The translations under genes and the position numbers were made by a program. Under the pieces are notes generated by a model. It did no database searches. It saw only the letters and a list, made by a program, of their open reading frames with translations, and was not told the DNA's origin. A DNA stretch of 64,000 nucleotides from an uncultured Planctomycetales bacterium (lineage in GTDB: Bacteria > Omnitrophota > Gorgyraeia > Zapsychrales > Fredricksoniimonadaceae): assembly GCA_964572155.1 (NCBI GenBank), contig CAZNDZ010000001.1, forward strand, positions 782,290-846,289. Direction: 5' to 3'. Shown here one piece after another: positions 28,697 to 38,453 of this stretch. How positions within the stretch are numbered: position 1 is the first letter of the stretch; each line of letters starts with the position of its first letter.

Positions 28697-29494
28697 GTGG
28701 CAGAATCAGTATTGAATCAGCAAGAGCAAAAAGATAATCAGGTCAATGATGGGCAACATCAGAAGAACACATTAAAGAAGATCATTGGCGGGATTTTAAC
28801 CGTGATCATGGTGGCTTTAACGGTTTATGTTCTAAATATTCAAAGTCAGAATTATAACACACTCAATAAGAGCTCAGATTTGGCTAATGTTGCTCAAGCG
28901 CATCAAGCTGCCAATTACCGTGCCTATGTTAAACAATATAAAGAAACGAAAGTTGAATTAGAAGAGACAACAGAAAAGTTAGCACAAGTCACCAAAGACT
29001 TGGATCGTGTGAGTGGTGAATTAGCCACAGCGAAGAGCATGTTGACTCAAACACAAGATTTATTGACGTCTGCTCAGCAAGAGAATACTAAGTTAAAGGC
29101 AGATATTCAAGAATTAGAAGCGTTACGTAACGCTGAGAATGTAAGCAATATCGGTGAATTAGAAAATAAAATCAATTCATTGAAGAAAAAGAATGTGGAA
29201 GTGACAGACCAATTAAATTCTGTGAAGACTGAAATGCGTGCATTTGAAGCTGACTTTAATAATATGGAAGAAGGAAAGTCTTTATTAGTCTTATTCCAAA
29301 ATAAATTGAAATTGGTTAAAAGTCGTATGCGTTATTTGAAGCAAGAGGCATATTTTGCTAAAGTCGCTGCTCAAAAAGAACGTGATCGTATTGAAGCATT
29401 AACTGGAAATAATGGGTTCCTAGTTAAGGATGGAGCACAGTCAAAGGGCAATGCCTCTAAAGGGTTCGCCATTGATGTTAAGATTGTTCCATAA
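28697..29494 (+). CDS. Bitopic coiled-coil protein of unknown function
   Basis: Single TM (IIGGILTVIMVALTVYVL), then ~200 aa of heptad-rich sequence. Followed by a rho-independent terminator. Confidence 0.5.
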   Translation: MAESVLNQQEQKDNQVNDGQHQKNTLKKIIGGILTVIMVALTVYVLNIQSQNYNTLNKSSDLANVAQAHQAANYRAYVKQYKETKVELEETTEKLAQVTKDLDRVSGELATAKSMLTQTQDLLTSAQQENTKLKADIQELEALRNAENVSNIGELENKINSLKKKNVEVTDQLNSVKTEMRAFEADFNNMEEGKSLLVLFQNKLKLVKSRMRYLKQEAYFAKVAAQKERDRIEALTGNNGFLVKDGAQSKGNASKGFAIDVKIVP

Positions 29495-29517
29495 GTAGTT
29501 GTGAGGCTAAACTTCAA

Positions 29518-29550
29518 GGCGTATGATGAATTTCTCATACGCCTTTTTTT
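29518..29550 (+). terminator. Rho-independent terminator
   Basis: GGCGTATGA-tgaatttc-TCATACGCC hairpin, then TTTTTTT, directly after the 28697-29494 gene. Confidence 0.7.
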
Positions 29551-29563
29551 ATAGGGAGGAAAT

Positions 29564-30016
29564 ATGTCGTTAGAAGAAAAAATCAACCAAGATTATGTAG
29601 TTGCTATGAAAGAACGTAACAAAGAACTTTCTGCGATGTTAAGCTTTTTGCGTGCTGCTGTTAAGAATGTGAAGATTGATAAACGCATCGACGTTGTTCC
29701 TGATGAAGAAGTGATTGCGGTTATAAAGAAACAAGTCAAGCAGCGTCAGGATTCTATTGCGCAATTTACTAGTGGTGGTCGCCCTGAGCTTGCAGCGAAA
29801 GAAGCTGCAGAGATGGATATGTTAAAAGCATATTTGCCTGCGGAAATGTCAGCGGATGCTTTAAAAGTGATCGTTGAAGAGGTGATTAAGGCAACGGGTG
29901 CGACATCAATCAAGGATATGGGCCGTGTGATGAAAGATGTGCTGGCGAAGGTGGCTGGTCAAGCGGATAATCAAACGGTTGGGGCTTTGGTTAAGGAACG
30001 TCTGTCTAAGGTATAG
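29564..30016 (+). CDS. GatB/YqeY-domain protein
   Basis: 150 aa. N-terminal INQDYVVAMKERNKELSAMLSFLRAAVKNVKIDKR and a C-terminal region typical of YqeY. Confidence 0.65.
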   Translation: MSLEEKINQDYVVAMKERNKELSAMLSFLRAAVKNVKIDKRIDVVPDEEVIAVIKKQVKQRQDSIAQFTSGGRPELAAKEAAEMDMLKAYLPAEMSADALKVIVEEVIKATGATSIKDMGRVMKDVLAKVAGQADNQTVGALVKERLSKV

Positions 30017-30027
30017 GAGCATTAAAC

Positions 30028-30843
30028 TTGCCGCGTAAAAGAAGAATTCTTTTCTCCGTTTTTGTTGTTTTGGCCATTGCGGTTCTCACCTTTGTGTTTT
30101 GGGTACGAGATCGTTATGTGGTACCTATTATAACGTATCATAATGTTTCAAATCAGCATGGTTTGTATTCTCTTAATAATGTGTCTCCGAAGTCATTTGC
30201 TTGGCAAATGAAATTTTTGAACAAGCACCGTTATAATGTGATAAGTTTTGATGATTATGTCCAAGGGATGAAGAAAGGCGTTGCTTTTGCGCGCAATACG
30301 GTGGTCATTCATTTTGATGATGGGTATGAAGATAATTATACCTATGCATACCCCATCTTAAAGCAGTACCAATTTCCAGCCAGTATTTTCTTAGTATCCG
30401 ATAGTATAGGTAAAGATAATTTTCTGAAATGGGATCAAGTTAAAGAAATGGAAAGTTCCCGTATTGAATTTGGTTCACATACTCGTCGTCATGCGTATCT
30501 TCCAGAGTTAAATATTTCGAATGCTGTGGATGAAATTGCTGGCAGTAAACAGGTGATTGAAAAAAACCTTGGTCATTCGATAAAATATTTTGTTTATCCC
30601 TCAGGCGGATATACAGATGAGGTTAAAGGCATTGTGCAAACAGCCGGATATGAAGCAGCAGGGACAACAAATCGCGGCAGGGATATGTTTAACCGAGACC
30701 TGTTTGAATTAAATCGCATTCGTGTAAAAAATAAAGAAACAGCGTTAACATTTTGGGCTAAGTTGTCGGGTTATTATAATTTATTCCGCAAATCACGTTG
30801 CGGTGAGCATTGTGGAAAGGAAAAATATGCCGTATCGTCTTGA
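30028..30843 (+). CDS. Polysaccharide deacetylase (NodB-homology domain) with an N-terminal TM anchor
   Basis: N-terminal TM. NodB motifs VVIHFDDGYEDNY and FGSHTRRH...P. Confidence 0.7.
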   Translation: MPRKRRILFSVFVVLAIAVLTFVFWVRDRYVVPIITYHNVSNQHGLYSLNNVSPKSFAWQMKFLNKHRYNVISFDDYVQGMKKGVAFARNTVVIHFDDGYEDNYTYAYPILKQYQFPASIFLVSDSIGKDNFLKWDQVKEMESSRIEFGSHTRRHAYLPELNISNAVDEIAGSKQVIEKNLGHSIKYFVYPSGGYTDEVKGIVQTAGYEAAGTTNRGRDMFNRDLFELNRIRVKNKETALTFWAKLSGYYNLFRKSRCGEHCGKEKYAVSS

Positions 30844-33800
30844 TCAAGCAGGCGCATTTGAAATCACGGATTATAACCAAGAAAAAGTTTTTGCCAATTT
30901 CTTCCCAGGTGTTGCGGGTTTATACGGGATCCCCATGTGGGCTTTTTATATTAACCGAGGGCAGGGGATCAGCTCATTTGGCATTGAATCTAAAGATAAG
31001 AGCATTCTTGAATTTCAACCCGCCAATCGCGCGTATCGTTTAACATCAATTCAAGGTTTCCGTACTTTCCTAAAAGTTGGTCATGCATCGGCTCAAAAGT
31101 TTTACGAGCCATTTGCTAATCCTGTAGCAAGTCCTTATAAGATTAAGCAACGCATGATCATGCAAAGCCATGATTTAACCGTTGAAGAAATCAATAGCAC
31201 CTTGGGGATTAAAACAACGGTCAATTATTTTACATTGCCACAAGAACCATATGCGGCTTTGGTTCGTCGTGTAACATTTGAGAATATTTCAAAGAAAGAT
31301 CTGCAAATACAATGCATTGATGGTCTGCCGGCGCTCAATCCATACGGCCTCAAAGATTGGTTGGGTAAACATATCTCACGCACCGTTGAAGCATGGGTGG
31401 CCGTGCATAATATTGCTAAAAAGGCTCCGTTTTATCAATTGAAGGTAGAAGTGGCTGATACACCTCAAGTTACCCACATTCACGAGGGGAATTTCTATTT
31501 TGCCTTTGATGCGAGCACCAAAAAATTGTTGGATCCAATTGTTGAAGCTGCGTTGGTTTTTGGGCAATCTAGTGATTTCTTGGTTCCAGAAATATTTTTG
31601 AAGTCCGATAAATTTAGCGTTCCATTAAAACAACAAACGACCAACCGTACGCCCAGCGCTTTTGTTACCCAAGCGTTTAATTTAAAGTCGGGTAAAACAC
31701 ATCAGATCACCGCATTAGCAGGGTATGCGCATGACATGGATGAATTAAATCGTGTGGTCAAGCAAGCGACCAAATCAGATTTTATCGAAAATAAGTCCAA
31801 AGAAAATCAAGCCATCATCGACGATATCAAAGGGTATTCCTTGACGCACAGTGCGGCTAATAATTTTGATCAATATTGTGGTCAAAACTTCCTAGATAAT
31901 GTGTTGCGAGGTGGTTTGCCAATATCGTTGCAAACAGCCCAAGGCCCTGTGTCGTTTAATGTGTATAGCCGTAAACACGGTGATCTAGAACGTGATTATA
32001 ATTTCTTTACGCTGGCACCTACATTTTTATCGCAAGGTAATGGTAACTTCCGTGATGTGAATCAGAATCGCCGTAATGACATCTGGTTTAACCAAGACGT
32101 GAAGGATAGTTTGGTTATTAACTTCTATAATTTGATTCAAGCAGACGGGTACAATCCTTTGGTGATCAAAGGTTTAAGTTTCACCGTGTTGGAAGATGCA
32201 CAGATCGACGCTATCATTAAAGAATTTTCCCCTCAAGGCAATTTGGCTAAGTTAAAGAGCATCTTAAAGAAAGGCTTTATGCCAGGTGACCTCTTAAAGC
32301 TCATTGATCGTGAAGTGCCGATCACTGGCAAGAGCGCAGATTTCTTAAGCCGCGTTTTAAGTGTTAGTCAAAAGCAAGAACAGGCGGATTTTGGGGAAGG
32401 GTACTGGAGTGATCATTGGACGTATAATCTAGATTTAATTGAAAGTTATTTGAGTGTTTATCCAGAGAAATTAAAAGAAATCCTTTTAGATAAGAAGGTT
32501 TTCTATTTCTATTTTAATGATGCGTACGTTTTACCGCGTGAGAAACGTCATGTGTTAACACCTTATGGTGTGCGTCAATATCATTCTTTAGCCGAGCATG
32601 ATAAAACAGTTCAAGCCACGGCCAAGGGTCATCGCCTGCGTACCAAGGGTGGCTCAGGGGATATTTATCATACAAATTTAATGGTTAAGTTATTGGCCAT
32701 GTTGGCTAATAAAGCAGCCACCTTAGATCCCAGTGGTATTGGCGTTGAAATGGAAGCCAATAAACCAAATTGGTATGATGCCTTAAACGGCTTGCCAGGG
32801 TTATTAGGTTCATCCATTAGTGAAACGTTTGAAGTAAATCGTTTGGCAAAGTTTGTTAGGAAAAATATCGACGCCTTGCGGTTAAACGATCATGAAAAAG
32901 TGACCATGATGGTTGAATTAGCGGATTTCATCGAGGGGTTGACCCACGTTTTAACCAATGAACACAATAGCCTAGAATATTGGAAGAAATCAAACAATCT
33001 CAAAGAACATTATCGCCGCAGCGTTCATTTAGGGATAGATGGGGCAGAGCGTCCATTAACGATCCTTGAGGTGAAGCATTTCTTAGATGGTGTTATTAAG
33101 AAGACATCCCAAGCCCTTAAGAATGCCCAAGATGACAAGGGTTTGTTTGCGACCTATTATTATCATGAAGTCACACAATATGAAGAATTAGATAAGAGCC
33201 ATCATGGTGATCATCATGTCAGGGCTTTGGCGTTTAAACGTCATGACTTACCATATTTCTTAGAAGGTTTTGTGCACGCATTGCGTGTTATGGATCAAGC
33301 GGATGCGTCAGCTTTGTATCAAGCCATTAAGAAAAGTGCGTTATACGATAAACCTTTAGGCATGTATCGTGTCAATGCGTCATTGTCCAAGGAAACCGAA
33401 GAGATCGGCAGAACACGTATATTCCCGTCGGGTTGGTTGGAGAATGAGTCGGTGTGGCTGCATATGGAGTATAAGTATTTATTAGAATTGTTGCGCGTTG
33501 GTTTGTATGAAGATTTCTTTAAGGATGCCAAGCAATGTTTTGTTCCATTCCTTGACCCCAAACGTTATGGGCGCAGTGTTTTAGAAAATTCTTCGTTCAT
33601 TGCCTCAAGTGCGCATGAGGATAAGAATCTTCATGGTCAAGGTTTTGTAGCCCGTTTGTCAGGTTCCACGGCGGAGTTTATTCATATTTGGTTAACGTTG
33701 TGTATTGGCAATAAACCATTTGTGTTAAATGCGGCAGGTCAGATTGAATTGCATGTAAAGCCCATTTTACCTGCATGGTTGTTTACAACGCAGGCGACGG

Positions 33801-34033
33801 AAGATTTTTCAAATGATACGTTTGCGTTTAAATTCTTAAACAAGACCATGATTGTTTATCATAATCCCAAACGTCAAAACACCTTTGGCAAGCAAGGTGT
33901 GCGCGTGCAAGAAGTTCATGTGTTGTATCATGATAAAAAAGAAGTTGTCTATAAAGGTGATGTGTTACCGTCGGCAATCGCATTGGACGTGCGTTCGCTT
34001 AAAGTGCAGCGCATGGATGTTATCTTAGGTTAA
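30827..34033 (+). CDS. Large (1068 aa) putative glycoside hydrolase/phosphorylase-like protein. Family not resolved.
   Basis: Start taken at ATG 30827 (RBS GGAAAGG), 17 nt inside the deacetylase 3' end. Long soluble protein with no signal peptide. General resemblance to multi-domain (alpha/alpha)6 glycoside phosphorylase/hydrolase architectures. Adjacent to a NodB deacetylase. The family call is weak. Confidence 0.35.
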   Translation: MPYRLDQAGAFEITDYNQEKVFANFFPGVAGLYGIPMWAFYINRGQGISSFGIESKDKSILEFQPANRAYRLTSIQGFRTFLKVGHASAQKFYEPFANPVASPYKIKQRMIMQSHDLTVEEINSTLGIKTTVNYFTLPQEPYAALVRRVTFENISKKDLQIQCIDGLPALNPYGLKDWLGKHISRTVEAWVAVHNIAKKAPFYQLKVEVADTPQVTHIHEGNFYFAFDASTKKLLDPIVEAALVFGQSSDFLVPEIFLKSDKFSVPLKQQTTNRTPSAFVTQAFNLKSGKTHQITALAGYAHDMDELNRVVKQATKSDFIENKSKENQAIIDDIKGYSLTHSAANNFDQYCGQNFLDNVLRGGLPISLQTAQGPVSFNVYSRKHGDLERDYNFFTLAPTFLSQGNGNFRDVNQNRRNDIWFNQDVKDSLVINFYNLIQADGYNPLVIKGLSFTVLEDAQIDAIIKEFSPQGNLAKLKSILKKGFMPGDLLKLIDREVPITGKSADFLSRVLSVSQKQEQADFGEGYWSDHWTYNLDLIESYLSVYPEKLKEILLDKKVFYFYFNDAYVLPREKRHVLTPYGVRQYHSLAEHDKTVQATAKGHRLRTKGGSGDIYHTNLMVKLLAMLANKAATLDPSGIGVEMEANKPNWYDALNGLPGLLGSSISETFEVNRLAKFVRKNIDALRLNDHEKVTMMVELADFIEGLTHVLTNEHNSLEYWKKSNNLKEHYRRSVHLGIDGAERPLTILEVKHFLDGVIKKTSQALKNAQDDKGLFATYYYHEVTQYEELDKSHHGDHHVRALAFKRHDLPYFLEGFVHALRVMDQADASALYQAIKKSALYDKPLGMYRVNASLSKETEEIGRTRIFPSGWLENESVWLHMEYKYLLELLRVGLYEDFFKDAKQCFVPFLDPKRYGRSVLENSSFIASSAHEDKNLHGQGFVARLSGSTAEFIHIWLTLCIGNKPFVLNAAGQIELHVKPILPAWLFTTQATEDFSNDTFAFKFLNKTMIVYHNPKRQNTFGKQGVRVQEVHVLYHDKKEVVYKGDVLPSAIALDVRSLKVQRMDVILG

Positions 34034-34035
34034 GT

Positions 34036-35169
34036 ATGGCGAAACAAAAATTACGTGTGGGATTGATCAAGGGTGGACAGCTGGGTTTAATGCTCTTAGA
34101 GGCTGCCAAAGGATTCGATGTCCAAACCTTTGTTTTAGATGATGATCCCAATTGCCCGTGCCGCCATTTATGTGACAATTTTGTTCAGGGTGATTGTCAG
34201 AATTTTGATCAAGTGTTTATGTTTGGCAAATCGTTGGATTTGTTGACATTTGAATATGAGCACATCAATATCGATGCGTTAAAAGAATTACAGTCTGCGG
34301 GATTAACCATTTATCCGGATCCCAAAATCTTAAGTGTTGTTCAAGATAAGGGAACGCAGAAAGAATTTTATCGCACGCATGAAATACCCACTAGCCCATT
34401 TCATTTAATACGTTCAAAAGAAGAATTAAAGTCCTTAAAAGTTGCATTGCCCTTTGTGCAGAAGACGCGTAAGGCTGGGTATGATGGCAAGGGTGTATTA
34501 AAGATCAATACAAAAGCAGATCTAGATAGAGCATTTGATGAGCCTTGCGTTGTGGAAGAATTCATAGATTTTGAAAAAGAGATCGCGGTTGTGGTTGCGC
34601 GCAATCTCAAAGGTGATGTTGAAGTGTATCCGACGGTTGAAATGGTTTTTCATCCGGTTAAAAATTTAGTGGAGTTCTTGGCCAGCCCTGCTAATATCAC
34701 GCCGGAAGTTCATATAGAGGCACGACGCATTGCGGTTGATTTGGCGCATCAGTTAGAAATGGTGGGGATCTTGGCGGTAGAAATGTTTGTGACTAAGAGC
34801 GGTAAGGTCTTGGTTAATGAAATTGCACCACGCGTGCATAATAGCGCCCATCACACTATTGAGGCCAATGTCACCTCGCAGTTCGAACAACATTGGCGGG
34901 CGGTGTTGGGCATGCCCTTAGGGTCGACGGATATAAAATCACCTGCTGTGATGGTGAATATACTTGGGGAAGATGGTTGCCAAGGCAAGGCGCGTTATGA
35001 AGGCATTGAAGATGCAAAGCAATTAGGCGACGTCTATGTTCATTTGTATGGCAAAGCCATTACAAAACCTTTTAGGAAAATGGGGCACGCAACCATTTTA
35101 GATGGTAAAATTGATAGGGCATTAACAAAAGCGCGGTTGGTCAAAGAAATCATCAAAGTAAAGGCCTAA
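34036..35169 (+). CDS. purK: N5-carboxyaminoimidazole ribonucleotide synthase (ATP-grasp)
   Basis: N-terminal [18 protein letters not shown]-grasp motifs. Immediately upstream of purE. Confidence 0.8.
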   Translation: MAKQKLRVGLIKGGQLGLMLLEAAKGFDVQTFVLDDDPNCPCRHLCDNFVQGDCQNFDQVFMFGKSLDLLTFEYEHINIDALKELQSAGLTIYPDPKILSVVQDKGTQKEFYRTHEIPTSPFHLIRSKEELKSLKVALPFVQKTRKAGYDGKGVLKINTKADLDRAFDEPCVVEEFIDFEKEIAVVVARNLKGDVEVYPTVEMVFHPVKNLVEFLASPANITPEVHIEARRIAVDLAHQLEMVGILAVEMFVTKSGKVLVNEIAPRVHNSAHHTIEANVTSQFEQHWRAVLGMPLGSTDIKSPAVMVNILGEDGCQGKARYEGIEDAKQLGDVYVHLYGKAITKPFRKMGHATILDGKIDRALTKARLVKEIIKVKA

Positions 35170-35170
35170 T

Positions 35171-35692
35171 ATGAGTAAACCACAAGTCGCGATCATCATG
35201 GGTAGCCAAAGTGATTTAAAAATCATGGGTGGAGCTGCTGAAATCTTAGAAAGTTTTGGCGTTGCTGTTGAAGTGACGGTTGTCTCAGCACATCGCACGC
35301 CAGCACGCATGTATGATTATGCAACCAAGGCGCAAGCGCGTGGCATTAAAGTGATCATTGCTGGTGCAGGTGGTGCAGCGCATTTGCCAGGGATGGTGGC
35401 GTCATTATCGACGATGCCTGTGATTGGCGTTCCTGTCTTGCTTAATAATTCATTAAATGGTTTAGACGCATTATTATCGATCGCTCAAATGCCTGAGGGT
35501 ATTCCTGTTGCGACTGTGGCGATCAACGGGGCAAAGAATGCCGGCATCTTAGCAGCAGAAATCATTGCCATTAACGATCAGAAGGTTGCCCAAAAGTTGA
35601 TTGTTTATAAGAAACAATTAAAAACAAAAGTAGAAAAAAGCGTGAAGGAAATTGCCGCCAAGGGTTATAAGGCTGTGCGTGCTTTAAAATAA
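35171..35692 (+). CDS. purE: N5-CAIR mutase
   Basis: [11 protein letters not shown]...VVSAHRTP...[13 protein letters not shown], the canonical PurE motifs. Confidence 0.85.
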   Translation: MSKPQVAIIMGSQSDLKIMGGAAEILESFGVAVEVTVVSAHRTPARMYDYATKAQARGIKVIIAGAGGAAHLPGMVASLSTMPVIGVPVLLNNSLNGLDALLSIAQMPEGIPVATVAINGAKNAGILAAEIIAINDQKVAQKLIVYKKQLKTKVEKSVKEIAAKGYKAVRALK

Positions 35693-35694
35693 TT

Positions 35695-38436
35695 ATGTTT
35701 TCAGATTCTCACGGGATATCTTCCCATACACATATTCGCCAAGATGTTCGTTTTTTAATGGGGTTGTTGTCGGACATCATTAAAGAGCAAGAAGGTGAAG
35801 AATTGCTCTTGAAGATCGAGCAAATCCGCACATTGGCTAAAGAAATTCGTCATACACATAATCCATTGTTGGTGGAGTCTCAAAAGAAGCTGATTGCATC
35901 GTTGACGCTGACCGAAAGTTATCACGTGGCGCGCTCCTTTACGATTTATTTTCAATTGGTTAACATCGCCGAGGAAGTGCAGCGTATCCGTCGGTTAAGA
36001 GACTATGATAAGAGTGAAGATGTGTTGCAAGACATGTCCTTGCGCAAACTTTTCAAAGAATTGATGGAAGATGGGTTTACACCGAAGGAAATTACAAACT
36101 TTATTTCAGAAAGTGATATCCAGCCTGTATTAACAGCGCATCCAACAGAGGCAAAACGAAAAACCGTGTTGGATCATTTGTTCTTTATTTCCGGACAGCT
36201 TATCCAATTAGATCGTCCTGATTTGACTTATTCCGAGAGAGATTATCTAACCAAAAACATTAAAGAGACGTTGGAGATTTTATGGCAAACCTCAGAAGTG
36301 CGTAGCCGCAAGGTGGAGGTTTTAGATGAGGTGGATCAAACGCTATATTATTTTGATCGCACCATCATCATGTTGATTGCTAATATGCATGAAAAAATTC
36401 ATCGTGAATTTCATCGCTTAGGTGTTGAGATTGATGAGGAGCTTAAGCCGTTTTTGCATTTTGGTTCATGGGTTGGTTCTGATCGCGACGGTAATCCTAA
36501 TGTGACAGCAGAAATCACCAAGACCGTTGCACGCAAACAGAGGCAAGTGATCATTAATTTTTATCTAAAGCAAATCGAAGGTTTCATTAAGAAATCTAGC
36601 CAGTCAGACCAGTACATTGATTTTACTAAGAAGTTTTATGATTCATTAGAACGTGATCGCGCGCTGATGCCTGATTTAGCGCATGATTTAAATCGGTATG
36701 AGACACAAGAACTCTATCGTAAGAAGTTTTCTTTTATTCACCGTCGATTAACCTTGGTTTTGATTGATGCCAAGGCAGCGTATAAGAATGCGGATGAGTT
36801 CATTGAAGATTTAGAGATTGTAAAAGAGAGCTTATTAAAACATAAGGGGATGTTGGCCGCTAATGGTGATTTAAAGCGCTTGATCATTCAGGCCAAGACC
36901 TTTGGTTTTCATTTGGCACGTTTAGATTTCAGAGATCATTCTGGGAAATTACGTAAGACCATCACGGAACTATTTAAAGGTGAAACCACACAAGCAGAAT
37001 TATTAGATGCTTTAAATGAAAAAGTAGTTCGCAAATGGCCGCATGTGACAAGTAATGAGGCGAAAGATATCCTCGAACAAATGGCTATGTTTCGATTCCT
37101 CAAAGAAAAATTTGATCCTAATATCGTTGATGCGTATATCATCAGCATGACGGAATCTGCGTGGGATATGTTGGCTTTATTTTATTTGGCCAAACGCGAA
37201 GGCATCATTGAAATTGCTCATAAACGTGTCAAAGTAGCCAATATGGGGCTGGTCCCTTTATTTGAAACCATTCATGGTTTAGAGACGGCACATGAGGTGA
37301 TGGAGGGATTATTTAAGATCCCTATTTATCGTTCTTATTTGAAAGCCCGTGGGGATGTGCAAGAGATCATGTTGGGTTATTCCGATAGTAGCAAAGACGG
37401 TGGTTATTTAGCCGCGAATTGGAATTTGTACATGGCTCAAAAAAATCTCCATAAGGTCGCCGAGAAATATGGCATTAGTTTGAAATTCTTTCATGGCAAA
37501 GGCGGCACCATTGATCGTGGTGGTGGTGAGTCACATAAAGCCATTTTAGGTCAACCATATTCAGCAAGTGAAGGCCGCATTAAGTTAACAGAGCAAGGCG
37601 AAGTTGTTTCTCAAAAATATGCCAACTCCATGGTAGCAAAGCGCAATTTGGAACAACTGATTTCGGCGGTTGTGACGGCGAATTTAGTGACCAATAAAGA
37701 AATCAAACATAATGCTAAGATTAAGGTATGGGAAGAACGACTAAAGCATTTGTCATCGAGTTCTTTTACCTTTTACCGTAATCTTGTCTTTGGTACACCA
37801 GGCTTCTTAGATTTTTATCATGAAGCAACGCCCATCAATGTCTTGAAGATCACCAAGATTGGGTCTCGTCCTTCAGCGCGCGGTAATCTACGTTCGTTTG
37901 AACAATTGCGGGCGATCCCGTGGGTATTCTCGTGGGTGCAATCGCGTTATATCATTTCTGCATGGTATGGGGTGGGGGCTGCGTTACGTCAATATATTGA
38001 TGATAACCCAGAAGATGGTTTAGCACAATTGCAAGAAATGTATCGCCAATGGCCCTTGTTTAATTCCATGATGCATAATGTGCAAGCGTCACTGGCTAAA
38101 ACAGATTTATATATCGCGCAGTTGTACGCCGATATTGTGGAAGATGAAACCTTGCGTGCAAAAATCCATACGATGATTTCCGACGAGTATGAACGCGCCT
38201 TAAATGTTGTCTTAGAGATCACTGAACAACAAGAGTTGTTGGATTATCACAAGGTTTTGCAAGAATCGATCAAATTGCGTAATCCTTATGTTGATCCACT
38301 AAACTACATTCAGGTTCATTTCTTAAAAGAACAAAGCAAGTTATCCGCCACATCCGATACCAAGCGTGCCGCCATCGATGAAATCCTACTGTTGACGGTC
38401 AACGGCATCGCTTCGGGTATGAAAAGTACGGGTTAG
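35695..38436 (+). CDS. ppc: Phosphoenolpyruvate carboxylase
   Basis: VLTAHPTE motif. FHGKGGTIDRGGG (the FHGRGG(T/S)xGRGG box). 913 aa with a C-terminal ...TG. Confidence 0.9.
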   Translation: MFSDSHGISSHTHIRQDVRFLMGLLSDIIKEQEGEELLLKIEQIRTLAKEIRHTHNPLLVESQKKLIASLTLTESYHVARSFTIYFQLVNIAEEVQRIRRLRDYDKSEDVLQDMSLRKLFKELMEDGFTPKEITNFISESDIQPVLTAHPTEAKRKTVLDHLFFISGQLIQLDRPDLTYSERDYLTKNIKETLEILWQTSEVRSRKVEVLDEVDQTLYYFDRTIIMLIANMHEKIHREFHRLGVEIDEELKPFLHFGSWVGSDRDGNPNVTAEITKTVARKQRQVIINFYLKQIEGFIKKSSQSDQYIDFTKKFYDSLERDRALMPDLAHDLNRYETQELYRKKFSFIHRRLTLVLIDAKAAYKNADEFIEDLEIVKESLLKHKGMLAANGDLKRLIIQAKTFGFHLARLDFRDHSGKLRKTITELFKGETTQAELLDALNEKVVRKWPHVTSNEAKDILEQMAMFRFLKEKFDPNIVDAYIISMTESAWDMLALFYLAKREGIIEIAHKRVKVANMGLVPLFETIHGLETAHEVMEGLFKIPIYRSYLKARGDVQEIMLGYSDSSKDGGYLAANWNLYMAQKNLHKVAEKYGISLKFFHGKGGTIDRGGGESHKAILGQPYSASEGRIKLTEQGEVVSQKYANSMVAKRNLEQLISAVVTANLVTNKEIKHNAKIKVWEERLKHLSSSSFTFYRNLVFGTPGFLDFYHEATPINVLKITKIGSRPSARGNLRSFEQLRAIPWVFSWVQSRYIISAWYGVGAALRQYIDDNPEDGLAQLQEMYRQWPLFNSMMHNVQASLAKTDLYIAQLYADIVEDETLRAKIHTMISDEYERALNVVLEITEQQELLDYHKVLQESIKLRNPYVDPLNYIQVHFLKEQSKLSATSDTKRAAIDEILLLTVNGIASGMKSTG

Positions 38437-38453
38437 CCGCGTTAAAAGAAATT

